From Botryllus schlosseri (lineage: Eukaryota), in assembly GCA_051294905.1 (NCBI GenBank), contig CM119376.1, forward strand, positions 21,886,001 to 21,950,000: 64,000 nt of DNA. Direction: 5' to 3'. Positions 13,463 to 24,163 of the stretch are shown piece after piece (the stretch's first letter is position 1; the number at the start of each line of letters is the position of its first letter). A program made the position numbers and the translations under genes. A model generated the notes under the pieces. The model ran no database searches and had not been told where the DNA came from. It saw only the letters and a list, made by a program, of their open reading frames with translations.

Positions 13463-13600
13463 ATCATCATTGGTTTATTAGCAATTTTATCAGTTCAGCA
13501 CACCACAAAAATGCGATACAATGAAAAGACAGGGAAATGTCGAAGCGACTAGAAGTATAGTCTATGGAATCAGACACCCACCTTGCATAAGAAACATGTC
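13463..13600 (-). mobile_element. CR1/L2-group LINE 3' UTR fragment
   Basis: ATCATCATTGGTTTATTAGCAATTTTATCAGTTCA block identical to the copies at 24385 and 42279. Confidence 0.8.
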
Positions 13601-13722
13601 GTCAACTCAACCAGCTAACCATATATGTTTGTTTTGTATAATTGCGAATCATATTTCAGGAAATCTGCATCTCAATCATGAATCTAACCCTGATTTTCCA
13701 AAGTCTGAAAGATGTTTTCAAC

Positions 13723-14075
13723 TGGGGATGGTATGAACGTGAGGTTCGCGTTCGCGTTCTGTGTGTGAACCTCATAAATTTAGAGGTTCACGTTCACAAA
13801 CGAACCTTGGTAGGCTCTGCACTGTGAACCTTTTTCATATATCATACAATTGTTACTTCATTATAATATCTTTCGCTGAAATTTATTGCACTTAAACTGC
13901 GGGCCACTCTATGCAGCATAGAAAAATCAACACTAAACGAGCGTGCACCTTGAAAAAATCTCAAAGCATTTCTTACTTTGTTACAAAAGTTAGCTCGAAA
14001 TATCCAGCTTTCCGTTTGTGCACATAGTGCGGAACCCAAATGTGTTCGCAGTTCAATCTCTTAGTTTTTGATGAC
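13723..14075. mobile_element. End fragment of the TAGGGATGGTGTGAAC hAT family
   Basis: Reverse-complement similarity to 43560-43942. Confidence 0.65.
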
Positions 14076-14211
14076 GTTGCGGGCCGCAGCGTCAATAAAA
14101 GGAGTATTCAATGCGTAATTTCTAAAGGAGGCCTTATTTGACGGGACCTTGCACAATGACAATCCACAAACATCGTCAAAATGTAATTCACTATTGTACT
14201 ATTCATGCTTG

Positions 14212-14393
14212 TAGTGCGGAGCGGATCGACAAATTCTCTGGTCCGACTCCGATCGGGTATTTCAATTCTCTGGTCCGGTTCCGATCCGGCTCCGGCCGTA
14301 TCAGGAAACAGTACTGATCCGGTTCCGATCCGGTTCCGGCCAAAAATGAAAAAGTCCGACTGGAAATCCGGCTCCGATCCATGCTCCGCATTA
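14212..14393. mobile_element. 182-bp hAT MITE with CCGATCCGG tandem repeats
   Basis: TIRs TAGTGCGGAGC / GCTCCGCATTA; perfect TSD CATGCTTG at 14204-14211 and 14394-14401. Confidence 0.9.
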
Positions 14394-14745
14394 CATGCTT
14401 GGCACGAAAAAAATCCCATTTTCAAATATTTGTATAAAATTTCTTTTTGTACTGAGCATTATTTGTCGAGAGAACAAATGCATCACGACATCGTAAAAGG
14501 TGCCACGCAATTATATTGCAGCTAGCGGACATTTGACGTGCCACAATTATAGGTAGAATATTTTAGAAGTTACCAAAGATTGTTCTGATATCACTGCATT
14601 TGAGCAATGTAGCCTAATCCGACTTTCTGGTATAGCCCTGATAGTAGGCTATTGTTCATAACATTACCAAAGTCAAATTAAATTAACGGTAGAATTGTCT
14701 TCGATAACAATTTAAATATTATATTTTGTTGTGTGATAACAAAAG

Positions 14746-15143
14746 CAGTGTTTCTTAACCTTTTTACCGATCATACCCTTTGTGCTTTCAATAAGATTTC
14801 TCGACTCCCTGTCCATTTTCGACACCATTTATGATGGCACCAACCAAAAAGCCTACTCACTTAAACTCGCGCGTAGCGCGAAGAATATTTTTCAGGTGAA
14901 CGAATAGCGCGAAGAATATTTATTAATAATTTAATATTATATAATATTTAATATATAAGTAGCACGAAGGACATTTTTCAGTTGAATAAATTCGCCCTGA
15001 AAATATTACCCTTTTTGTTGGTTGGCAAAATAAATTTAAGCTCTATACAGCATATAGACCTAATTCCACTATGCTTCTCGTACCCCCTGATGTAGTGTTT
15101 CGTACCCTGAAGGCAATCATGGACCCCTGGTTAAGAACCTCTG
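14746..15143. mobile_element. hAT-type MITE
   Basis: TIRs CAGTGTTTCTTAACC / GGTTAAGAACCTCTG; TSD not conserved. Confidence 0.6.
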
Positions 15144-15322
15144 GAATAGAAATGTCTGATCGCTCAAGAATCCATTGGGATTACAGCTGGGGAGCCTACC
15201 ACTATACCTTACTCGCCACCAGCGATAATGGATAAAGAGACAAAATATCACCTTGGATGTAACTAACTATACATCATGGTGACTACAGAAGGCCAATGAT
15301 TTCCATACGGAAATGATTAGAT

Positions 15323-15862
15323 TAGGGTTGTAATGACTCGAGTCATGATTCGACTCGAGTCGCGATTTTTTAGTGACTGGACTTGACTCTAGTCATTATC
15401 TCAAAAATGGAAAAATTGACTGGACTTGTACTAGAATCATTGCGCATGACTCGGACCAAGTCATATGACTTGAGACTGGGTCTACCAAGACAGGCATTTC
15501 CTTGCAATATCGAAGAATAGTGTAGTTATTACACTAATATTTTTTCGTCCATCAGTACTAGTACTTGAAAATGCTGCCAGAAACTGTTAAAATAGAGGAA
15601 AATTAATATATTATAAAACACGAAGCATTCGATATCACCGAGCAGAGTTGGAGAAAGTGGGTTTCACATGACATTAACTCGGAACTGAACAGTCAACACA
15701 ATGACTTGGACTCGGACTCGAATCAAAACACTATGACTCGGACTCGACACTCTACGCCGTGACTTGAACTTGACTCGGTGGTGAATTGGAAATGACTCGA
15801 CTTGACTCGAGTCAAAACTATAAATGTGAGATCGACTTGTGACTCGAAGCCTTGTGACTTGG
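15323..15862. mobile_element. GACTCGAGTC-array hAT element, right end eroded
   Basis: Starts TAGGGTTGTAATGACTCGAGTC; 15700-15862 is the reverse complement of the arrays at 39850-40025. Confidence 0.65.
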
Positions 15863-16490
15863 TAGCTATATACGCCACGCAACGTAAGCTACGGCCTTCT
15901 GATATCTTACTAGTCCCCATGACAGATTGATAGTTTTTTGCGTCCGTGGTAGAACAAGGTCATGGAAGTAGTCATAATTGCTCTCTATTTCGGACTACCG
16001 AAACTATATGGAGACGATCAGGAGTCCTGTTGCCCAATAATGATTCACCATGAATTTCCAATAACTTTGAGAGCAGGCCTCTTACGAGGCGTGGTTTTGT
16101 GACGGAGGAGGTTAAATATACAGATTAAATTATTTGTCACACCCACACCAGAGAAAATCCGGTACGGACCAGGATGACGACGAGGGGCCGTAAGGCCTTA
16201 GTGCACAGTCGCCACCTGTATTGTATAGCCTACCTGTCCGTGCTGAAGTCTTTTTTTGCGAGCGAGAGAGGAGTCAACTGAACATCTATGTATATAAATA
16301 CAGACATCAGTGCAGTTCTAAATCAAGAAAGGATCGAGTTGCTACTTAACCACCGACGAGCCATGTCATAAAATTGACGTCCGGAGGAAATTATGGATTC
16401 AGTATATACTTTGAAATCATTAATATTACTTTCGGCAGCACTGAATTAGGAGCAGTTGTCGATTATATGCGATAGATCTGCATTGATTGA

Positions 16491-16659
16491 ATGGGTGACG
16501 AAGTGAATTGGAAGCAAGTAATATGTTTTGAAGGCGGATGGGGTATGATTTTCCCATTTTTCTTATCTGTCCTCGCGTACTCTACCAAAGGTTGGAGAAA
16601 AGCAGGCGGGGTATCATATGGTCTATTCGCGGCACGGTACAATGGTGAAAGAATTCAGT
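16491..16659 (+). CDS. PMP22/EMP/claudin-superfamily tetraspan protein, coding exon 1 (TM1 and first extracellular loop)
   Basis: MGDEVNWKQVICFEGGWGMIFPFFLSVLAYSTKGWRKAGGVSYGLFAARYNGERIQ; W...YGLF resembles the family W...GLW signature; GTAAGT donor at 16660, phase 1. The start codon is the first in-frame ATG and is not confirmed. Confidence 0.7.
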
Positions 16660-16816
16660 GTAAGTATAAGACATTCCCTACATTGTTGCTATACAATTTT
16701 CAGTGAATAGATTTACGAGGTATGGTATAAAATGAAAATCGTGTTATTGTTGTAGCCTACTGCCACTGTTGCCAACACGAAGTTTGCCAGACCTTGTTTA
16801 ATGTTGATATTCACAG

Positions 16817-17005
16817 ATGATAAAGGCAGCGCGGAATATGTCGCGATAGTGTTCTTCACACTTGCAATTGTCAGTCAGTGTATTGCTGGCTTTTCCCTTG
16901 TGAACGAAGAAGCGAGAGAAAACCAAGAGGAGCATATTAACGACTCATTCAGAATACATGACGAAAGACTACGTAAACTTGGAATTATATTGGCGGTCTT
17001 GGCTC
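16817..17005 (+). CDS. PMP22/EMP/claudin-superfamily protein, coding exon 2 (TM2, loop, start of TM3)
   Basis: Acceptor TTCACAG, donor GTAAGT at 17006; 189 nt, phase 1-1, open: (Y)DKGSAEYVAIVFFTLAIVSQCIAGFSLVNEEARENQEEHINDSFRIHDERLRKLGIILAVLA; the intron after ...LA matches the PMP22 position as I recall it. Confidence 0.75.
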
Positions 17006-18900
17006 GTAAGTGTCGCGGGTGTTACGACAGAAATAACTGAGCCTAATATATAGTAAGTGTACGTGGTGATCCACTCATGATCAAACCAATCGAAGACATC
17101 CACCATAAACACGACCCGTAGCCCAATCATCAGGTATTATATGGACGGGTACTAATCGAGTTTTTGAATCCAAATGATTCGAATCATCTATTATTATAGT
17201 GGACATTAACGTTTTTCAATACCAAATTGTACTCCCTTTGCCATTTATATATTCAATCCCCAAAAAATTATTTTTCCTTCATGTCAGCGTTGAAACCTCG
17301 TGTCATATCCTTCAAAACATGTAACACGGGGCTATCAGAGATGAGCATAGATTAGGATTAAGATTTAAAACAAACCGGATTTGTTAAATTATGGCGGATT
17401 CGGATTGGATTAGGATTAGGGATTTTTTTCTGAATTGATTAGGTTTTGGATTGGATTCACCGATTTTCTGGGAGATTGATATGTCGTGTGATGAATGGCG
17501 ACAAACTTTATTCATGTCAGTTATTAGTGTACTTATGGTATGCGAAGGTGCCATGAACATGAGAGGTGCAACTCTATGGTAAGTCATATTAAATCAATAC
17601 GATTGTTGGTTCTGAAAGAAAAGAAAGAAAGCATTGGATCTGAACTAGATTAGCTCATGGAAATTCCAAATCCGCTCATGTCTGATGGCTATACGTGTGT
17701 TCGTATAAGTCAGTGTTTCTTATCCTTGTCGCCAGCGGCCCCTTCCCCTTCCCCAGGCCGATTTGGATTTTGAAGGGGCGGTAACGCTCATGGGGAGATA
17801 TGGGGCGCTGGGATCAAGGGGTGGTATGGCGGCACTGAAGAAAAATGGCGTTACAGTAGAGAGTGCGATAGGGACACATGATTATAAGTGGAACAACAGT
17901 CCTAGAGCCTATATCCCTGAGTTCTTATTGCAAAATAACATTCGACAAAATCAGTCAAATCTCGAAATTTTTCGTCGCGCTGCTCGCGAAATTTATGACC
18001 ATGTTTGCAACACGTTTCCATGTATGCAGTGGTTTACACTGTAGCAAATGTACCTCGTTGTACTAACGGTTAAGACCTGGTTACACCTCTTTCATGCCTT
18101 GAAGTGAAACAACACAGTGCGTGTTCATTGTTCATGTCAACGTGTTCAACCTAGCATGACATGCATAAACCCATATCTCAAATATGATTCAAATTGACCC
18201 GCCAGTCACAGCCTTACATGAACGTTATATAATAAGGGTTGCTTTGTTTGAAATACATTAATGTTGAAGTTGATCGGCCAAATGGTATGAGCCCATACCC
18301 GATGGTTGTTATAGCAACCTTGATTTGATCCAGAATATACCAGATACAAATGATACAATTATCATAGCGTTAATTAATCAGCTTGAGCTTGCGACCATGG
18401 CAACCTTTGCGTGCAACAAGGGGCATCAAAACAACGAGATTGCCCTCCTGATCTGTCCCCAGGATACTGCCGACAGGGAAGGCGGAGTCCGGATGGCTTT
18501 TAAGTCACATAGATATTTCTGTTCACGTCGCTACACCACCTATATAAACGGCGTACGTGATTTATGAGTACACAATACGCATATAGAAGCAGAAATAACG
18601 TTGTCAATTTCTACCTACCTGCCCGGGCAATTTTAAAGTAGAACCACTTTGATGTAGTTGGAAAGCTCTGCTACTTGAAGTAGAAGGAATTACTTTATTA
18701 CTGGTCACCTCTATTGAGAACAAAGCGAAGTCGTGCTGGCGTGGGCCGGCGGGAGGGGTGGGTAAAAATACGAAGGGACTCCTCTTTCTGTTCTGGATCA
18801 CACAGTCGCTGCCTACTTCTTTCATTGCTTTCTAGATCAACCATTTCTGGGATCACTCGCAATATGTCACTATATCGTCTTATACCAAAATACTGAACTC

Positions 18901-19106
18901 CAGAGGTGGTCAGTAACGAAGTACTTTTACTTTTTCGAAGTACTCAAGTAGTTTTCCTCTACTTCTGGTCAGTCAATTCTACTTCTACTTCAAGTAGTTT
19001 TAGGTTGCTTATAGAAGAAGTACTTCTACTCGTACTTGAGTAGATGTTTTCGTCACTACTTCTACTTCTACTTGAGTAGATTTCTTGATTACTTTGACCA
19101 CCTCTG
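18901..19106. mobile_element. hAT MITE with TACTTC/GAAGTA repeats (intronic)
   Basis: TIRs CAGAGGTGGTCA / TGACCACCTCTG; perfect TSD CTGAACTC at 18893-18900 and 19107-19114. Confidence 0.92.
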
Positions 19107-19649
19107 CTGAACTCTCACATTATTCTTCTTGCTGCAAAGCGAATCCTGCGAATCCACTGCGGAATTTGAAAGCAAAATTATCTTCAAGTTTTATCAGAAC
19201 ACCAAGATGAACACAACGAATTGTAAAAATCAGTATTGCAATTTACAATCATTACTACCAAAACAATCACAGGAACTGAAGGCAGAAGCTTTCACATTCT
19301 CAGTCTTAATATCAAAGCATAAAATGGTGCACGATTCAAAGGCTCAGAGCCAGAGGTCAATTATTGCAATAGCTGCAACAGGGTACTGCAGTGTAGAGGA
19401 ACTAATATAACAATAACAAAGTAAACATATCAAACATATCAAAAAAAATTAGGATGAACACACCAATTGGAGTCAATTATTGCAATATATGCAATAACAA
19501 ATGAAGCACTATAAGGAAATTGAAACATGACTACAAGCGAGTCAACTTGGATGTTATTCACTGTGCACTGTGCAGTTATCGCAGTTGTAACACAAGAGTG
19601 AAACATCAAATACAATACTAAAAGCACGCAAAATCGTGAAGCGTCCAAT

Positions 19650-21330
19650 CTTTTTCTGTATAGACTTGGACTTCATGAAACGGGACTGTGCAACACGTGC
19701 AATCAACTAGAGACGCTTGAGCATTTTGTCACTGGATGCATTCGCTACGATCGATCCAGGGTTCATCTAATTTAGTGGTTCCCAACCTTTTTCGACTCAT
19801 CGCCCCCTTTTCAAACTCCTCACCGATCATCGCCCCCCAAATATTGGGAACACAAAAATGGGCATACAGACTGAAATCACGGACCAGTTGACTAAGAAAA
19901 AAGGTCAACTTTACGGCTCGACCTCGAAATTACACTTTTCCAACTAAATTTTGGTGAGCTGACTAACAAAAAGGTAATTTCTCCGACTTGATTCCCAAAG
20001 AGCCGTAACAGCACTTCGTCAGCCCGCCCTCTATATGTTGGTCTTGGCCCCCTCCATTGGGCGATAAAGCAAACTTCTGCAGCCCCCAGACCCAACTCGC
20101 CCGATACCTCTTTACCGCTACTTCTCAGCACAAATTGTTGGACTCTTTTTAGTTAGTCGGCTTGATTCGCGAAGCGCGAAAAAATTCTATTATTCATGAT
20201 TGAATCGGTCAATATGATCGGGAATTGCATAAATATTACTGTCAATTTTTCATCCTCTCTCTGCTCATGTATTCAGATTTACCGGTAAAGCTGAGTGAGG
20301 TGTCTTGAAAAATGTAGGGCCCGCAAATAATAAATGAACATATTCGGCCGGACACGTGGGTATAATGACTTCGTTAGGTAATGACATTTCGTGGCCTGTC
20401 TGCTATGTCAAAAGATATTCAAATCGCCCATACGTACTAAACTAAAAGACGCACACGATTTCAAATTGGTATTTCTGCACCGGCAACTAATTTTTCTCTG
20501 CGAGATGGCATTTATTTGTGGGGTTCTGATTGGACAGAACAGGAGCATTTGGCACCAGCCATTTAGGCGCCTATGAACAATTAAATATATATGTATATCG
20601 CATGGCATATATATCGAAGTCGGTCATCATAAAGGCAGTCTTTTTCCGCCAAGGTTTTCTCGTTCTGGCACACTTCTCGGAGTCGCATGTGACATGGCCT
20701 GGAACTTCATATGTCTTGGTGCGTCATGGTGTGATAATGACTGACGCCGAGATGCCCATTGCTATACCTCATGAGTATATTATTTCTTGGAGGAAGAGTA
20801 TCCAATAAGCAAGAAATATGTGACCACGAAATAACGCGCAGCGCGAATTTTTTTTGAAAAAGTTGCCTAAATTTTCAAAATAATACTCTATAATTAATGT
20901 TTAATTCACGAAAAAAAATTGTGGGCCCATTTCGAGCTCGGGCACCCCATCTCAATTGGGGGCTTGGGTGTGGCAGTTACGGTCATGGACGCAAATATAG
21001 CCATTTCAACGCGCCATCGCCCCCCTATTGCCCCCTTCGTCCGTTTTCGCCCCCCTATAGCTCCTTTGGCTATTTTTGCCCCCCTGGACCGACAAATCGC
21101 CCCCTGGGGGGCGATATCGCCCACGTTGGGAACCACTGAAATTCAATCCGCTCATAGACACAATATTCCACTTTCGCTTGGTTTGCTATTGAAAAGTCCT
21201 TACCCGGTGCAATCACTGTTAGATTTTGTTGTCCACTAGAGACTTATAGTCGTATTAATGATCAGAACAGGCATGGTGCAAAAGGCCTCAGTTAGCCGAG
21301 TAGCACCCCCTCCCCCCTCCATACATGCAT
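19650..21330 (+). mobile_element. 3' fragment of a third I-clade LINE family (C), split by a MITE
   Basis: FLYRLGLHETGLCNTCNQLETLEHFVTGCIRYDRSRVHL (to 19772) continues as IQSAHRHNIPLSLGLLLKSPYPVQSLLDFVVH after 21138; 3' hairpin GGTGC...GCACC at 21275-21307. Confidence 0.7.
19773..21138. mobile_element. hAT (Charlie-like ends) MITE with ATCGCCCCC repeats
   Basis: TIRs TAGTGGTTCCCAAC / GTTGGGAACCACTG; TSD eroded. Confidence 0.75.
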
Positions 21331-21344
21331 ATATACTAAACGAA

Positions 21345-21610
21345 TACTAGTCCGTCCTCAAGATTACCAGACCACGACCTGACCTATCGATCTCGCCTTC
21401 CGTGACACGCCACACCCTATTTTGTCGCTCGCTTTTCTATTTTATCTTGTTTTACTTTTCATTCAGTGTGAATACCTCCACTTTACAACGCCTAGGCCAA
21501 TATAGGTGTCTGATTCCAAAGACTACTCCAGGTCATTTCGACACTTTCCTATTTTTCATTGCATCTCAATTTTTGTAGTGTATTGAACTAATAAAAATTG
21601 CTAATAAACC
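21345..21610 (+). mobile_element. CR1/L2-group LINE 3' fragment, sense to the host gene
   Basis: Reverse complement of the UTR seen at 24385-24660; ends TAATAAAAATTGCTAATAAACC. Confidence 0.75.
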
Positions 21611-21808
21611 GAACCTCTTCAACTCTAAGATTGTTCATAGCCTATGCTTATCAATTTGTTTTGATTTCTTACAGCTGGTTTGCTGCTGCTCGACTTGGTT
21701 ACTAGCAAGCATCTTTCTTGAAAATTATGTCGCAATATGCGATACCATTTTCATATTATCATGCAAAATATCCATATCTTTTCGAACAAATTTTTATTTT
21801 ATTTACAG

Positions 21809-21981
21809 CTATCTTCATTCTGATCGCTATGGTTACTTTTCATCAACAATATCGAAATTCGAACGAACTGGCATACAGTTACATCATCGGTTGGTTTGCT
21901 TTCGCCTGGTCTGCTTGTGGAGGATTTATAATTGGGGTCCGGAATTGCACCACGTTCATCTGTGGGAAAATATGTGAATGA
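21809..21981 (+). CDS. PMP22/EMP/claudin-superfamily protein, terminal coding exon (TM3, second loop, TM4)
   Basis: Acceptor TTTTATTTACAG, phase 1; (P)IFILIAMVTFHQQYRNSNELAYSYIIGWFAFAWSACGGFIIGVRNCTTFICGKICE*, with the YSYIIGW motif typical of this family. The three exons total 531 nt (176 aa plus stop). Confidence 0.8.
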
Positions 21982-24163
21982 AGATATATTTCTGATTATT
22001 TCTTTTAATTTCAATTGAATCACCGTGTTTGCTCGTGTTCGCGAAGACATTGTGTGTACAAATGATTCTGCAATACTATGAATGGGATCCAGGCTGCTTT
22101 GCAAGAGTTGGAATGCTCTTTCAATCAAACACCACCTTGGCCTACATATAAAAAAACGAATATTTTAAGATGAGGGGCACATTCTGAGTAAAAAGTAACA
22201 GAAGAAAAACGAATATAGGGTGGGCAATGATAGGAAGTGGAATGTCTTGATACGAGAAATCCATATGCCGGATCCTTGCCGGTAATCTCTATCGCAGGTA
22301 AGCGTTCATTGTTAGTATAATTGCGACCGAGTTGTCTAGAAGGAAGTATGCAGCAAAAAGCTATACTGAGCTTTGTTCGTTAAGATCTTTTTCAAGCAGT
22401 CCGTGTTGGTTCGATAGTGCTGACGTGAATTTTCGTTCATGTTACGTCTTGCACAGGTCAACTTTATGAGCCTATATGTTTTTGTCATTTCGAGTTATTT
22501 TAAATGCACAAGTTCTAGTATCCGACAAAATTGTATAGAATTCTGTGAAGTCTGAAACACTATACCTTAGGAAACCTTAACTATAATAAGGAAATGAATT
22601 ATGATGCATAAAATGGTGACGCCAAAACTTGTTGCGTGGGAGTTTTTTAGGAGCCGTGAGCCGTTTACGAGATATGGCAATCTGCTTCTACAATTAGAAA
22701 ATGAGTGTGCAAGGTATTTGACAAGAAAACAGTGATGCCATAGAAAGCGCAGAATTATCAACCAAAAAATCAAATAATTCCGCTTCTACCAGTTGGAATT
22801 GAGTCAAACTTTTTTGCAACGTCTTTGAAGGCAACTCAATAATTTAATGGGGTTGACAGAAAAATGTGATATTTTTTCAATTTTCTTGATAAATTAAAAA
22901 TTTTAATTGGCTCTGCGGAGGTCTGTACTTGTTAGAATGGAACCAAATTTTGGGGACGGACTTTCAGCATTTCCGTGGCCACTCACTGGCCACTGATTTT
23001 TTTGTGGCCGGCCATAGATATCGCGTGGCCGGCCATGAAAAGTGATGCAAAGAATACATTAAAAGGAGATATACCCAGCACTAAATGAAACAAGGAATAA
23101 TGGTATAAAAAGCTAGAAGCAATGAAGACTGCATCAAAACTGGTAACTGATAAGTGTTGATTTGGATGTTTTTTTTACACAGAAATAGACCCTAATATTC
23201 GGCTGACACTCGTCAGCAACTGTATAGAATGGGAAAGAACCATCTGCATCAAACAGATTTGTTCGATTTACGTTTAAGTAGACTCGATTATACCTCCTTG
23301 AATGCATATGTAGGCCTATGTTTCATCGAGATAGTTGATCGCTCAATATTCGGTCATTTTACCCGTTTTCAGTACTAAATCCCGTAATCAAATCATACTA
23401 CCCGAACGAAACAATTATGGATTCAAAGAACCAAGAATGTGTGGAATATACTCTTCAAGTTCCAGAAAAGCTGCGAAAACCACCTAATATTCTGTGGCCG
23501 GCCACAGAGCAGCACTATAGAATGTAAAAGTTTACATTCTATAGCACAGTGGTTCCCAACCTGTGGTACGCGTACCACTATAGTGGTACGCGATGGTCTT
23601 CCAGGTGGTACGCGAGTAGATTTCTTTTTTTTAATGAAGAGAAATATTAGTTCAGGTGGGATTGATTTTGAGTTTTTGGAAGCCGTCGTAGGATAGTACG
23701 TCCGTGGTAAGGTACGTCTTTTTTTCTCACCACTGTGACTTGTTGTGCCTACATGACCGGTCCATTCTCCATTGATCCAGCCAACCTGTGTAGTACCGTG
23801 ACTGACGGTCTGTCTAATATACGAGACGTGAGTTCTCAAGCAGCCATGTATTCAGTGACGACCAAGCACCGAAGCACCTGCGATGTCGTCACACCCTAGT
23901 GGCGCCATAGAGCTACCACTACATCTCCCTTCTCGGGACAAGCACAAATGCTTATAAGCAGCACAAACATATACAACGCAAGCACAGAATGAAGACAATA
24001 AACAATCCGAATTGAGGCAGTTAGCGGTACAAAGGTATGAAGCAATTGGCAGGCAAGAGGTGAATGAAGAACACAACATATTTACACACACTACTCCTAT
24101 AACTACATCAGTACTCCTCGATGTATCTGCGAGGTGCGGTACTGTTCCGATCCGACCGTCGGA

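Noticed and set aside
14108-14525. Overlapping ORFs of about 105 aa on both strands
   Set aside because: Arise from the stop-poor CCGATCCGG repeats of the 182-bp MITE.
16285-16315. TATA box and initiator for the tetraspan gene
   Set aside because: TATATAAA to TCAGT spacing is too short and there is no transcript evidence.
18430-18500. Possible pseudoknot or HDV-like ribozyme (CTGTC/GACAG and TCCTG/CAGGA pairings)
   Set aside because: Stems are only 5 bp and I could not fit the HDV nested double pseudoknot or a hammerhead core.
20897-21239. Several overlapping Pro/Ala-rich ORFs
   Set aside because: Lie over ATCGCCCCC MITE repeats; only the part after 21138 is LINE-derived.
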